A stretch of 64,000 nucleotides of DNA from Basidiobolus meristosporus CBS 931.73 (Eukaryota; Fungi; Basidiobolomycota): positions 1 through 64,000 of the forward strand of contig MCFE01000453.1 of NCBI GenBank assembly GCA_002104905.1, in the 5' to 3' direction. The translations under genes were made by a program, and so were the position numbers. Below are positions 13,278 to 24,973 of this stretch, in pieces. Each line of letters opens with the position of its first letter. The stretch's first letter is position 1. The notes beneath the pieces are model-generated. The model was not told where the DNA came from, made no database searches, and was given only the letters and a program-made list of their open reading frames with translations.

Positions 13278-15312
13278 CACATGAGCCTTGACACATCCAT
13301 CCTGGCAACATTGTAATCGTACATTAATTTCACCCATAGTCCTCATAAAAGTCGCATTGATATTCAAACTCTAATGTCCGGTCTGCCCGCAAGCCTATAC
13401 CTATTCCCGGAATTGATGCGTAGAAAGCGCGTTTGCAACGATAGATGTTAGAATAATAAATAATGATTAAATGAGTAGCAATCGCTTGGAGGAGCCATTT
13501 CGCCCATTTGGTATATCGGGCGTTCATCAGCCCAGCTCGGGTGATCTAGTCCTGGGCTATCTATTTGTCTACACGCCGTCCACCAACCAGACAGCAGCAC
13601 CATTTCAGCCTGTGTGACAGCTTCACTCCATTACTACCCTAAGTACAGCCGCCGCTAAATTGCCCGAAGCCATTGATTGGGCTCCAGATCAATATATATA
13701 TTCCACACAAAGGCTCCCAGTGATCCTGATAGGCCGGATACACGCTCTGCCCACCGTCCAACCCATGACACCACGGCGACCAGATGAGGGGGCTATCAGG
13801 TTGTAACAAGAACAATGCATAGCGGCAGGATGAATTTTCAGTGCAGGATATGAAGAGATAACAACAGTATCACAGTCGATCCCTCCGCTGCATCAGGCAC
13901 AAATGTGGACACACCCACCAGCATACATATGATTTCAACAAGGGCTTGGGAATCCTGTGCCAGAGACTTCTGTGAGTTTCCCGGTGGGAGTCGCAGCTTG
14001 GTGGCTCATCGGACACGCTCTTCAGCAACATTGCTATCTCGTAGAGATGGCTCATTTCGTCGCATTTCACACTGCGCGTATGGACCCTGAGCCCAGCAAT
14101 ACCGGCTTGTGAAGGAAGAGTGGGCCCTCTGGACCTAGTCAGCCAAGCGCATGTGTAGGTAAATACTAAGCTTCAGAGCTTGAAAACAAGCCTGTATGTG
14201 AGCCCGATGCAACACCGTCCCTTTCAATAGGTCAATGCAAGACACGTGCATTCAACATTGTAGTCGCCTCCTGTTCCCTTGACGCAAAAACCGAAGTATT
14301 AACCCAATGGAGAAATCTACACCAAATCTATAGATCAGCGAATCAGCGCAGACATGTCCCAAAATGTACTGGGTATTCAAATGTGTCTAATACCTGACAA
14401 GTATCCAGTAGCAAAATTGATGAATTGAGTACATGTTTGTCAAGTGCTGTGCTACAAAATCTGACTCCAACCCGTATAGCTGGCCCAGCGGTGGAAACAT
14501 GCCAACTCATTTGACTGTAAATCACTTGTGACGTTCCCCGTGAAAGCTAGTATACTGAGTGCCCCCAAAATCAGTTGACGTTGCTATTGTCAACCAATTT
14601 CAGGGGGCCTTCCAATACAAGTGCTTGGTAAATCGTCAACAAAGTTTGACACTTGTTGTGGCCAGTCAATAGGGCGCGTAGTCCGGATGTCTAGGGACTT
14701 CGCCACCGGTTGTGAAATCGTGGCGAGATCTGGCCTGCACAATGGCTGGCTATTCATCAATCCTAATCATACAGGCTTTCCCATTGTTCGCATGTACATT
14801 GTGATATCCGTGCATAGGTTGGGGCGGGATTCTTCAGCATTCGCTTGATCATCATCGTCAACCTGTTTCACCCGTGAATGCAACATTATTTCACAACTCC
14901 AAGAAGGATGGCATTGATCTGTTCCACACAAAATCAGCAACCATTACCATATTTACTCATTAGATCCATCTGGTTTCTGAATCTGAGCACTCCTTACTCA
15001 TGAAATCAATAGAGTAGTATAACAATACCAGCCAATAAGCAATGGTTGGCTAGAACGCACATTTCCTCAACGCTTATAAAGGGTGCTTGGCGTCCTCACT
15101 GATGTTCATTACAAGTCTTTCCAACTGCTCTCTTGGCAAGTTCTCTAAAACAGAAGGTTTTGATCTGTTCATTTGAGCTAATATCAGGGACATACTTATC
15201 CGTGTGTCATACCCGTTTACCATCGATAATCTACTTGCTATATTAATTCCGTACTCTTTCTTTGTGAGGCTTACACGCATCTTGAGGATACTCTACTTTG
15301 ATTTAATCTAAT

Positions 15313-16078
15313 ATGAACGAAAAGGGACTCGAAAACCAACACACCATCTACGAAGCCAACGAAAAACGCCGCCGTCGCTGCTGCTGCTGTTGCAGAACTC
15401 GTCGCTCAAAGCAAATATGCTGCTTAATTGTACTGTTGGTTTTGATCGGTCTTGCGATAGCCCTTTACTTCTGTATCCCACGCGGAAACCCTGAAATCCA
15501 ATTCAAAGGCGTAGAGACCGTGGGCAATCTTGACTTTACTAGCCTCGCTCTCAACGCTGGGACTGGTATGAATATTCCTTTGGTGTTGAAGCTTAGCGTT
15601 CAGAACCCCAATCTGATCAGTATCAAGATGAATAACATCACAGCCACGGTAGACCTGTCATTAACTTGTGTTACCGAGGCACCTTACTAACCCTATGAAT
15701 CACTAGGGATTTTACCAAATACCCGACGGCACAAGTGTTCAAGTTGGCAAAGGGGCACTAAATCATACCATCACATTCCCCGCCAAAGGGGGCCTGGACT
15801 TTGCACTGCCCTTCACACTAACATACAATCCCAAGACTGACAAGAGTTCTGCGGCAGCACTCAGTGGACTCTTGGCTCACTGTGGTATCACTGCCTCTAC
15901 AAAGACACAGATCCCATTGACCTATAAAGCTGTGTTGGATATCGCGCTGATTTCCTGGTTGGGCATTAAGCCTGAGATCCAGAATAACGTCAAATTCGAC
16001 TGCCCAGTTGATGTGCCGGCTGGCGTTGGTGAAGCCCTTGGCCCCCTTCTAGGGCCCCTCATTGGGAATGGAGCCTAA
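15313..16078 (+). CDS. LEA_2/NDR1-HIN1-like single-pass membrane protein (2 exons)
   Basis: Basic Cys-rich N-terminus (KRRRRCCCCCR), one TM helix (LIVLLVLIGLAIALYFCIP), then LSVQNPN...IKMNNITAT beta-domain. Intron 15649-15706 (gtagac...cactag, branch ctaac) joins to an open frame ending at taa 16078. Confidence 0.65.
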
Positions 16079-16807
16079 ATAGTACGGGTTATTATTCTTG
16101 CGTGCATCACCACTATAGGGAAGTCGAACGTGTCACTTATTTAACATCGTTTTGAAAGCTTTTAATGAATATAATTGTTCGAACTCTCATTCGTATCAAT
16201 ATATAATAAACGCGCACATGCATTGCATCAGGTGTACCTTAACCCAAGTGAGTCTCACACTGGCCTTCGGCATTCTCCCAGCAGAACTACCCCTCATGCA
16301 TGGAATCGTTCGGTGGTTTGGAGCGCGAATCCCTCAGATATCGGCATATTCTGTATCTGGGATGGGGTTTAGAAAATTAGGGAATATGGTACAAGAGCAG
16401 ACACAGATTCAAGACTTAGAGTAGCTTAGTACAACACTGATTAGCATCCGCAAATCTTTGATTCATGGTTTGGCCGCCAACAGGATTGCCTATTCCATAT
16501 TCAAGCACCAGAAAATAGGAATCAGCAATTAAGCGTTTCAGTTAATTTCTGGATCTCGTTACTTCGCATTTTCCCCGATTGCTAATAATAGCTTACCTAC
16601 TTGCGGCAGGCCTATGAGCCTGACAATACATATCCAATCATGGGCAACCTCATGGGTCAACTGCCATTATACTTTTTGGAATCAACAAAGAGTAAACACT
16701 CCCAGCTGGCCATCTCGGGACCCCGCTTTTTTTCCTGGTAAACATATAATCAACAGTACCTCTCAGGTTCCCATAGTTTCTTCTCGCTAGTACTTGCTAT
16801 TCTTGAC

Positions 16808-18786
16808 ATGCGTTTGTTGAGTTGGAACGTGAATGGGATTCGTACATTAACTCAATATTACCCCTGGTGTGAATGTAAAACCTTGAAAGTAAGTTGCTAT
16901 CGTCGTCCATGTCCCTTCCCACCTAGCAATGCCCCCCCCCTCTTACTATCTTGTTAGCTTGACCTTTTTCTTATTCATTTAACCATCAACCTAGGAGGTG
17001 TTATCGAGGCTGAATGCCGAGGTGATCTGCTTTCAAGAAACTAAACTTTCTGCTAACCGATTCACCTCCGATATCGCGCTCGTTGACGGCTTTGATGGGT
17101 ATTTCTCCCTATCCAAGAATGCCTCAGGATACTCGGGAGTTGCAACTTACGTTGACAGTTTAAACGTCTTCCCTACAAACGCCTCAGAAGGTATCACCGG
17201 TATATTGCATAGGAAAGGGGTGGGGGAGCCTTTATTAAAAGAATTGCTGTTGACTACCGAGCAATTCGAAGATCGAAAGGAACTTCTTGACTTGGATTCC
17301 GAGGGCAGATCTGTTGTTATAGATTTGGGTCTGTTCGTACTATTTAATCTTTATTGCCCGAACGAACGTGGGCCTGAGCGTCTGCCATACAAAATGCGGT
17401 ATTACCACGCTTTGGAAAAACAGGTGGACCATTTACTAAACAGTGGGAGGAACGTCGTTATAGTAGGTGACATGAACATCTCCCACAAGGAGATAGATCA
17501 CTGTGATCCTTTGACTGCTACTAGGGACTATGGTTTGGAGAACTTTGGTGATCATCCCTCCCGGCAATGGTTTGACCAATTCCTATCTCCCCGAGGTAAA
17601 ATGGTGGACTTATTTCGGCATTTCCATCCGGGTGAGGAGAAGAAGTACACCTGTTGGAACACCAAGATCAATGCCAGGTAGGCTATTGCCTCGACTCTAT
17701 TACTTACAGACCAACACTATAACTGTTGAATCCAATTCCCACCTTAAACTTACCCTTAGACCAGCAAACTTCGGTAACACTTCAAAGTATGAGTAACATC
17801 ATCGCTTTCCTCGAATTCATTTCTCTTGCGTTCGTAGGAACTCGAATTGATTATATCCTGGTAAATGAGGGACTACTCAAATGGTTTAAAAGCTGTGATA
17901 TTCTCCCAGAGCTCATGGGGTCAGATCATTGTCCGGTAGTGGCGGAATTGTTTACCGAGATTGTGGACGAATGCGGCAATACTCTGTTGCTTCAAAACTT
18001 CTTCAAGCATTCCCAAACCAACGAGTCAACCACCAAATATAAAGCGCCTTCACTGTGTGCAAAATATCATTCGGCATTCTCTGGACAACGTAAACTAACT
18101 GCATCATTTTTTAAGCCCGCTAATAAATCAAAAGTCTCATCGACCTTTGACAGACCCTCCATCAATCCACCAATCACTACTCAAAAAACGACCGAAGAAA
18201 CGTACAATGTGAATGCAACTTCAAAATTGGATAAATTGAACTCACCATGCAAGAAAGACGCACCGAAGCAATCCACCTTACAGGCGTTCTTTCAAGCACC
18301 CAAGAGGACAGAATCAAGAGCTACTGCTACTTCAGTAAAATCGGAGCTCAAATGCAAAGGTGATCTTTCCGACAGAGAACCGCCGCTCTTAGCAGAGTAC
18401 ATGGACATAGTCAATTCTGCGGTTGCTACCACAAGCCTCAATGCAGATACCACAAAGCAACAGTGGAACCAACTGTTTTCTTCACCAGACATACCAGTTT
18501 GTAAGCATGGTGAGCCCACCAATGAATTTACTGTGAATAAGAAGGGGCCTAATCAGGGACGACGATTTTTTGTTTGTGCACGGTACAGTCTCCCATCATT
18601 TGCGAGGTTACCCAGAGCTCTTGCTAACCCCACGCATCTTCGATCAGCCCTGTAGGACCAAACAATGCTAAAGACCCGAAATTTAGGTGCGATTTTTTTC
18701 AGTGGAAAAACGGGAAAAAGCGGAGCTCCTCTTTAGAATCTCCGAGCTTGTCGGGAGATTCGTCTTCGAAAAGAAACAAATCTTAG
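16808..18786 (+). CDS. APN2: DNA-(apurinic/apyrimidinic site) endonuclease 2 (ExoIII family) with C-terminal GRF zinc finger
   Basis: Motifs MRLLSWNVNGIR, CFQETK, GYSGVATY, NLYCP, GDMNISH, YTCW, GTRIDYILV, GSDHCPV, and GRF finger CKHGE...NQGRRFFVCAR...RCDFFQW. Inferred exons 16808-16888, 16995-17677, 17760-17773, 17838-18582, 18648-18786, all GT-AG and in frame. Confidence 0.92.
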
Positions 18787-19605
18787 CCGATGTAGAAAGC
18801 GGATTGTCAGATACTCAGTCAGCGTATCCAGTGATAGCCCAACATGTGGCTCGAAGGCAATAAAGCATCAGCTCCAGTGGGAGAGATTTCTAGCATCCTT
18901 CCGTTCAGCCCGAGAGTACCCAGAGAATGAAGCGTGTTATGGGCCCGGGAAATCGCCGAGCGGAGGGTTTCGATTTGGCATATTGCGGACCCAAATCGAG
19001 TTGTCCGTTGGTAGCTAGATACTGTCGACACTTGGCCTCTTATAGGCTCACGCATACTCCAATTACTAACCGTAAACGAGATGATTCTGGTTTGGAAACA
19101 AATCTATTCCATACGTTCCAACTCGCTCATGTAAATCCATCGGCGCCCATCAACACCATGGCCCTAAACATTGAACGTCCAGAATGCCACGTACGATACA
19201 GTTGGCAGATCTACCCTTCGTCTCTAGGGCATTGACCATCTTGGCCTTTGTTCTAGTAGACTTGCTAATCGTATCAAACCTAATCCCAAAAAATAGCGTT
19301 ATCTCAGAAGGAAATGGTCAATTTTATGTGACATGTACTGGATATAGGAACTGCTTAGTGGCTGCCATGAGCAGAGCGTCATTTATTCTATAATTAGTGA
19401 ACCCAAATACTTGGGGATTGTTCGATCGTTATCAGATGTTCTCCAATGATGGAGAACGTGAATATTCAACAGCATTTACAATTCTTCACAACGAGAAGGG
19501 GCGGGTTTGGCACATCGCGGTTTCTAAATATTCATCCTCGAAGTCATGAAAACGAGTAGACCAGGATAGACTGCATATGCCTGTTGTGTAATGCTCTAGC
19601 CGCAA

Positions 19606-20430
19606 CTAGAGCTTGGAGCTACCTTCATTCCAAGGTCCGACGTTGCTGAACTGGCAACCACCTTCACATTTGCACTCTCCGTGCAAGAAGGACGGGATAT
19701 TTTCCGGGTCGATATATTCGACAAGCTTGGATTTATACGAGGAGCCAACAATGAAAATCTTCTTCACGGTGGCCTCGTCCAAGAACGGTACAATAAGCTT
19801 CCATATGGAGGAGAATAGAAGTGGAGCGTTGATGATAAACATTCGGCCAAGAAGCTCTGGGTAATAATTCTGAGCAATGACGGAAATACGCTTGATTATA
19901 CCGGCTACTTGAGGGAAGTGAACCAACGACGCACCCTTTAGGTCGATGATGGTACAACTGGTTTCCACGTGGTGCCCAGCTTTGGCGCTACAGGCAGGGA
20001 AAATCTTGTTTATCAAGGTCTCGTAGCTGATAATGTGATCTTTGGTGAGACGCTCCTCGTTGGTTACGGCAAGGAGCTTCTTTGACTCCAGCTTACCGAG
20101 TTGCTCGATATAAATTGGGCGGCCCTCCTTGTCAGTCTTGTGGTAAAACCGGGGGTAAATCTTTTGAACCTCGGCGGCCTCGGTGAATTTGAAATTCTTG
20201 ACCACATCGTCGACCTGGAACTCTTGACGCCATTTCTCGTACGTCACAAACATGCTCTTGGTAGCGGGGAGATTGAATTTCCTGGCTCTCAAGAAACGAA
20301 GCAGGCAATAGTCGTCATGGCGCTCGGGAACGTAATATCCCTCGGTTACGAGAAATTCTCTCAATTCCGACAACTTGGACTCCTGGTCTGGTGTCAAATT
20401 ACCTACTCTACCCGTAGTCAAAGTGGACAT
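19606..20430 (-). CDS. SEC14: Sec14-type phosphatidylinositol/phosphatidylcholine transfer protein (CRAL-TRIO)
   Basis: DDYCLLRFLRARKFN, YPRFYHKTDKEGRPIYIEQLG, QNYYPELLGRMFIINAP, IPSFLHGECKC...SNVGPW. It could be a Sec14 paralogue. Confidence 0.88.
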   Translation of the reverse strand: MSTLTTGRVGNLTPDQESKLSELREFLVTEGYYVPERHDDYCLLRFLRARKFNLPATKSMFVTYEKWRQEFQVDDVVKNFKFTEAAEVQKIYPRFYHKTDKEGRPIYIEQLGKLESKKLLAVTNEERLTKDHIISYETLINKIFPACSAKAGHHVETSCTIIDLKGASLVHFPQVAGIIKRISVIAQNYYPELLGRMFIINAPLLFSSIWKLIVPFLDEATVKKIFIVGSSYKSKLVEYIDPENIPSFLHGECKCEGGCQFSNVGPWNEGSSKL

Positions 20431-20946
20431 TCTATCTTATTGAAGTTGTGGCAAGACAACCAGAAGCACAAAGATATAGTGATCATACGATACGAAGGAT
20501 AAAATAATTACCAATATGGAATCCGATCATATGCTTTCTACTACTTTGCCTATACAAATAATTTACATGGTCGACATTTTCCGAGGCTCACATTTATCCG
20601 GTCACTTCTATTTATGTTACTTTAAAAGCACCTTTCCAACATATCAATCTACTTGCTGACTTGATACCAGATGGCGAACCACGTGCCAGCTGGATGATGT
20701 CATGCGAACAGGAGTGGTTTAGCATGTTCATTGAGAAACGTTTCCATCGGAATCGCTCACTGACGACACGATGAGCCGATATTATCAGCAAATCTAGAGG
20801 TCGGATCATTTGCCAGGGAAATTGAAGAAATTGGCCGCACTCATCACAGATAAACCATACTAAACATGGATTGTTTTGATTATCATTGAATGAGTAGTAC
20901 CACTTTCCCAGCAAAATGAGGAATATTTCGTTCGAAGGGTGATATC

Positions 20947-21050
20947 GAATTTACTAGAAATATCCGACGCATTCCTTGATTACCTCGACTGCGTCCTAAT
21001 CCCCCGAATTCCATTAGTTTCTCTGGGGAAGTTTGTAGAAACGTTTCGAA
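20947..21050 (+). promoter_or_regulatory. Putative imperfect heat-shock elements upstream of AHA1
   Basis: GAA units in 10-bp phase at 21028, 21038 and 21048, plus GAAttTACtaGAA at 20947-20959. These lie about 360-470 nt upstream of an Hsp90 co-chaperone gene. The intervening TTC units are imperfect. Confidence 0.3.
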
Positions 21051-21412
21051 CAAAAATCATTCGAAGACCAAGATTCTCGTTGGCAAATGGGTGCCAGCAG
21101 GGTTGAGCATTTGGGTCATCCATGCTGGCCTCTCGAATCGGAGTGACGAACTAGCCAATTGATCGATCTTATTGGTGAGCAGAGGATTCGCCATGTTATC
21201 TTTGACTAGCAAATACTGGAATTTCATACACAAATTCAAATTCACCGAGTACGTCTTATTCCCTCATCAATTTCATATTAAATCCGTTCTCTGAGGGGTT
21301 AGCAACTTCGCATTCTTTTGATTGTGCGGATTTTCTTCTGTCGCCTGTCTCTTCTCATACCCAAAAGTTTTCCCTCTCCCGGTCGTTGTTCGTTCGTATA
21401 ACCAACTGCAAG

Positions 21413-22464
21413 ATGAGTACCATGGCCAACTGGAAAAACGTCAATAACTGGCACTGGACCGAAAAGAACTGTGCTCCCTGGGCCAAAGAATATTTTACCC
21501 GTGAGCTTAAGGGTCTCGAGGCCGAAAGTGACGGCATCACCGTGAAAACCACCGAGGTGACTAAGGTTAGCGGTGATGTCGACCTCAACCAACGCAAGGG
21601 CAAGATCATCACTCTGTACGATCTCTCAATTTCCCTCAATTGGTCCGGAGCCTCGGAAAACGGCACTGAAGCCACCGGCAAAATCAATATTCCCGAAGTT
21701 GCCCATGACTCGGAGTTGAGCGATTATGTTTTCAACATTTCAATCGACGACGAAACCAAAGAAAAGTGGGCCATTAAGGAGGTGGTCCGTACTCAGTTGA
21801 CCAAGGTGATCCGGGATAAGCTTTCCCACTTTACAAAAGATCTGATCGAAGGTTAGTGAGACGCTTCTTGTTTGGGAGCAACCTTTTTGCTAACACCCCA
21901 CTTTTTGTAGCTCATGGTAAAGACGTTTATATCGATCCTTCTCAACTTAGAACCCCCTCTCCTGCCCCCGTTAGTCTAAGCATCAGCGAACAGGCTATCA
22001 AAGCCTCCAAAGAGAGCTCAGCCGCTAACAAAGAGCCAGTTGTCAAGAAAGCACCCAAAGTCAACACTACCACCTTGAAGGAAACAATCGAGTTTGTCGC
22101 CAGCGCACACGAGGTGTACGAAACACTGCTTGAGGAACAACGTGTCTCCATCTGGACCCGTGGTCCAGCCAAGATCTCCAAGGAGAAGAACAGCCAATTC
22201 GAGCTCTTTGGAGGAAACATCAGCGGAAAGATCCTTGAAGCAGAGGAAGACAAGAAGATTGTCATGCAGTGGCGCTCGAAGACCTGGCCCGAGAGCCACT
22301 ATTCGACCGTTACCCTGAAGTTCGATGAGGGCACTGACAACGTCAAGATTCATTTGATTCAGGAAGGAGTGCCTCTTGGTGAGGAAGACATTACCAGTGG
22401 TAACTGGAAGCAATACTACTGGAACCCCATCAAGACTACGTTTGGATTTGGTGCCTTCATTTAA
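21413..22464 (+). CDS. AHA1: Activator of Hsp90 ATPase Aha1 (2 exons)
   Basis: NWKNVNNWHWTEKNC and NQRKGK motifs, C-terminal AHSA1 domain (FELFGGNISG...WRSKTWP...NWKQYYW). Intron 21852-21910 (gttagt...ttgtag). Confidence 0.95.
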
Positions 22465-23725
22465 TCGTTCCAGATCGTTGAAACGACATGTAATTCTTTG
22501 TAATATTAATAAAATCCCGCTTTTCTAAAATGAACATGGATTTCGTTCCTAGGGCACGGGCCCGTTTTACCTGGACAGGTGAAGGATGCCAAAAGAATTT
22601 CATCAGGAAGCTCGTTGAACAGAATCGTGACCAGGCACATCTCCTGGCTTGCCACCTGGCAGCGACTGTTTTAAGGTCATGCCTAAGTCCGAGGAAGCAT
22701 CCGGTTGCATGTCTCGTTTCATGTAGTGATGTATTGGTTCAGAAGTTTTGCTTGAAAAATCCTTGAATACCGCTATGGCCCAACTATTATTTCGGGAACA
22801 TGAGTATTTTGGTGGAGATTTTGGCTTGGTATTGATCACACCATGTTGTCAACTGGTTGTGTTGGCCCACTTCCAGCTAATACACTGTTGTACGAGTCTG
22901 TTTTCTCAACACTTACAACACAATGCCTCGTCAACACGCAGGATGGCTGTATTCATGATGAAAAGAATGATTCCTGTGTTTGAGCTTGAGTAATAATGAC
23001 CCACCTGTTAGATATCTCCACAAGACAAGTGCTGCAGTTTACAAGAGACCCATGATACAGGTGCAGGATGAGGCAAGAGCTACTCCATCACGTGCTGTGG
23101 CTACTACTGCAAATGAATATCAGTCAGATTTGGTGTGGTTGAGATCGGGGGCTGAATGAGAGCAATACACAAAAGCATTGCTTCCATGGACGTGTGGTTG
23201 GTATGAAAAACCACTGATGCGCATGCGATTCAATATGCTTGTGTGTAGAAATTGTAGAGGGTTCTATTTTCAGAGGGTAGCCGTATTTCAAAAAGACTGT
23301 TGAACTTATCCCGGGAAGATAACAAGCCAGATACCCAGATCTTGTGCCGGATGGTGGCCTAGGTGCCAGATACGCACATGCGAGTGCGTTACAGAGTCAC
23401 AAAATATGAAGCATCAAGTTTCATGAGCAGGACTGTAATTCATCACCAGCATACCAACTAACCGGATTCGACTGATGTGTTACCACATAATCTGGGCTTC
23501 CATTCAAATTTCACGGAATACTACGGGCGACTTTATTAAAAGCATTCTGATTTGGATGAGATACAAAGGTGACAGTGTATACGGAGATTCTATACAACGT
23601 GGGGCTTTGAAAGTGCTGATTGACTGTGCCCTATGAATAGGACAACACACGTTGATTTCCAGATCGCCAGCGACTCCAGCCGGATATCCAGTGAATCGAC
23701 AAATCTAGCAGTGGTGGGTGTGTGG

Positions 23726-24973
23726 TTAACTTGCATCTTGGGGGCTGGGAAGCTCCTCAACTGGGTGTTCCTCAACTGGGCTACGATAGCGATAGCGTGG
23801 GTGTGGCTTCTTACGGTGCATGAACACTTCAAAACCATTCAAAACGCCCCCTAGCTGGATGAATGATGCTGCCAATACATAGACCCAAGCGCGATGGTAA
23901 TTTTTCAACTGAAGAATCATATGCACGATTGCAGGGGTAAAGTGAAATACATGAAGAAACAGAGCCATACCCAGATGTTCGGTGTGTTTCTGGTGATGTT
24001 GGACGGCTTCCTGCATTGAGTTTGAACGGTGAACACCAGTCGTGGTGATCGTACGTTTGATGCTCCCTGACTCTTCACTGCGGGTGCTGGAGTGATGCGC
24101 ATGGGGGCGATAGACCATATTATACAATACTCCCAGGTAGCATACCAGAACTATGAAGAGGACTGCGTAATGAATGCCCAGGAAAAGCTTCAGGAATACC
24201 TTCCCGGAGTCGGTATGCTCGTTAACCAGACACCAGTACAAGTCTGGACCAAAGCCCTTGGTAATAATCCCGCTGACTGCTATGGCCAAGCAGCTAAGGA
24301 TGCAGCCAACCCATACTTTCCAGTCCCAGCGACCCAGGTACACGTTGATCTTAAGAGCAAGCTGGAAATAGGTTACGACCGCGACTGTCCCGACCACCGT
24401 CATCTCTATAATAATTCCGAGATAAATAATGCCGCCGATGACTGCGCAGACTCTCTTTGAGGGAAGCTCGTCGAAGTACATCGTGTCCGACACCATGAAC
24501 AGGGTCACGATGCCTAGAAAGAGATCGAGCATGGCTATGTAGAAGGGAAAGCGGATCGAGGACGACAAGTGGGGCTTCTTCCGCAGATGAGCGTTCTTGT
24601 ACTTGATTTCCTGGTAATCCATGTACGAGGTGTAGATCACGGCGCTTGAGCAGCAGATGTTTAGTGTGGCGGTGATGGTCGTCAGCATATAGAAGAAGAT
24701 AGAGCCATGGGGGGCGAAGTCCGAGAAATAATGGTTCTCGTCCTCTGCCTCGCCAGCACCAGCGGCACCGCTCTCGCCAGTTGGGGAAGGATTCTGTTCG
24801 CCAGGAGCGCCCGGGCCCTCTACACCCAAGGCGTGAGGGGAATGGTTGCGTTGAGCGATCTCGGCTGAAGCAGACTCTGGCGCGGCCGCAGTCTCCCCCA
24901 CCGCTTGTACGGTCAAAAATATGGGGAAGAGGCACGCAAGAAAACAAAAGAGACCTAATCGCGAGTACTTCAT
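23726..24973 (-). CDS. Git3/cAMP-receptor-like 7TM G-protein-coupled receptor with signal peptide
   Basis: N-terminal hydrophobic leader and about seven hydrophobic segments. IRFPFYIAMLDLF (TM2), conserved ECL1 Cys (KRVC), GFGPDLYWCLV (ECL2, matching the YGxxGxWCWI consensus), long His/Ser-rich ICL3. Confidence 0.75.
   Translation of the reverse strand: MKYSRLGLFCFLACLFPIFLTVQAVGETAAAPESASAEIAQRNHSPHALGVEGPGAPGEQNPSPTGESGAAGAGEAEDENHYFSDFAPHGSIFFYMLTTITATLNICCSSAVIYTSYMDYQEIKYKNAHLRKKPHLSSSIRFPFYIAMLDLFLGIVTLFMVSDTMYFDELPSKRVCAVIGGIIYLGIIIEMTVVGTVAVVTYFQLALKINVYLGRWDWKVWVGCILSCLAIAVSGIITKGFGPDLYWCLVNEHTDSGKVFLKLFLGIHYAVLFIVLVCYLGVLYNMVYRPHAHHSSTRSEESGSIKRTITTTGVHRSNSMQEAVQHHQKHTEHLGMALFLHVFHFTPAIVHMILQLKNYHRAWVYVLAASFIQLGGVLNGFEVFMHRKKPHPRYRYRSPVEEHPVEELPSPQDAS

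Noticed and set aside
14561-14608. Imperfect hairpin gccccc...gttgac/gtcaac...gggggc
   Set aside because: Short, imperfect and single-copy in the window, with no TSD. No support for a MITE or ncRNA.
18790-19240. Intron-like signals and a 102-aa ORF between APN2 and SEC14
   Set aside because: No in-frame start and no recognisable domain. It lies in the convergent 3' region of two genes.
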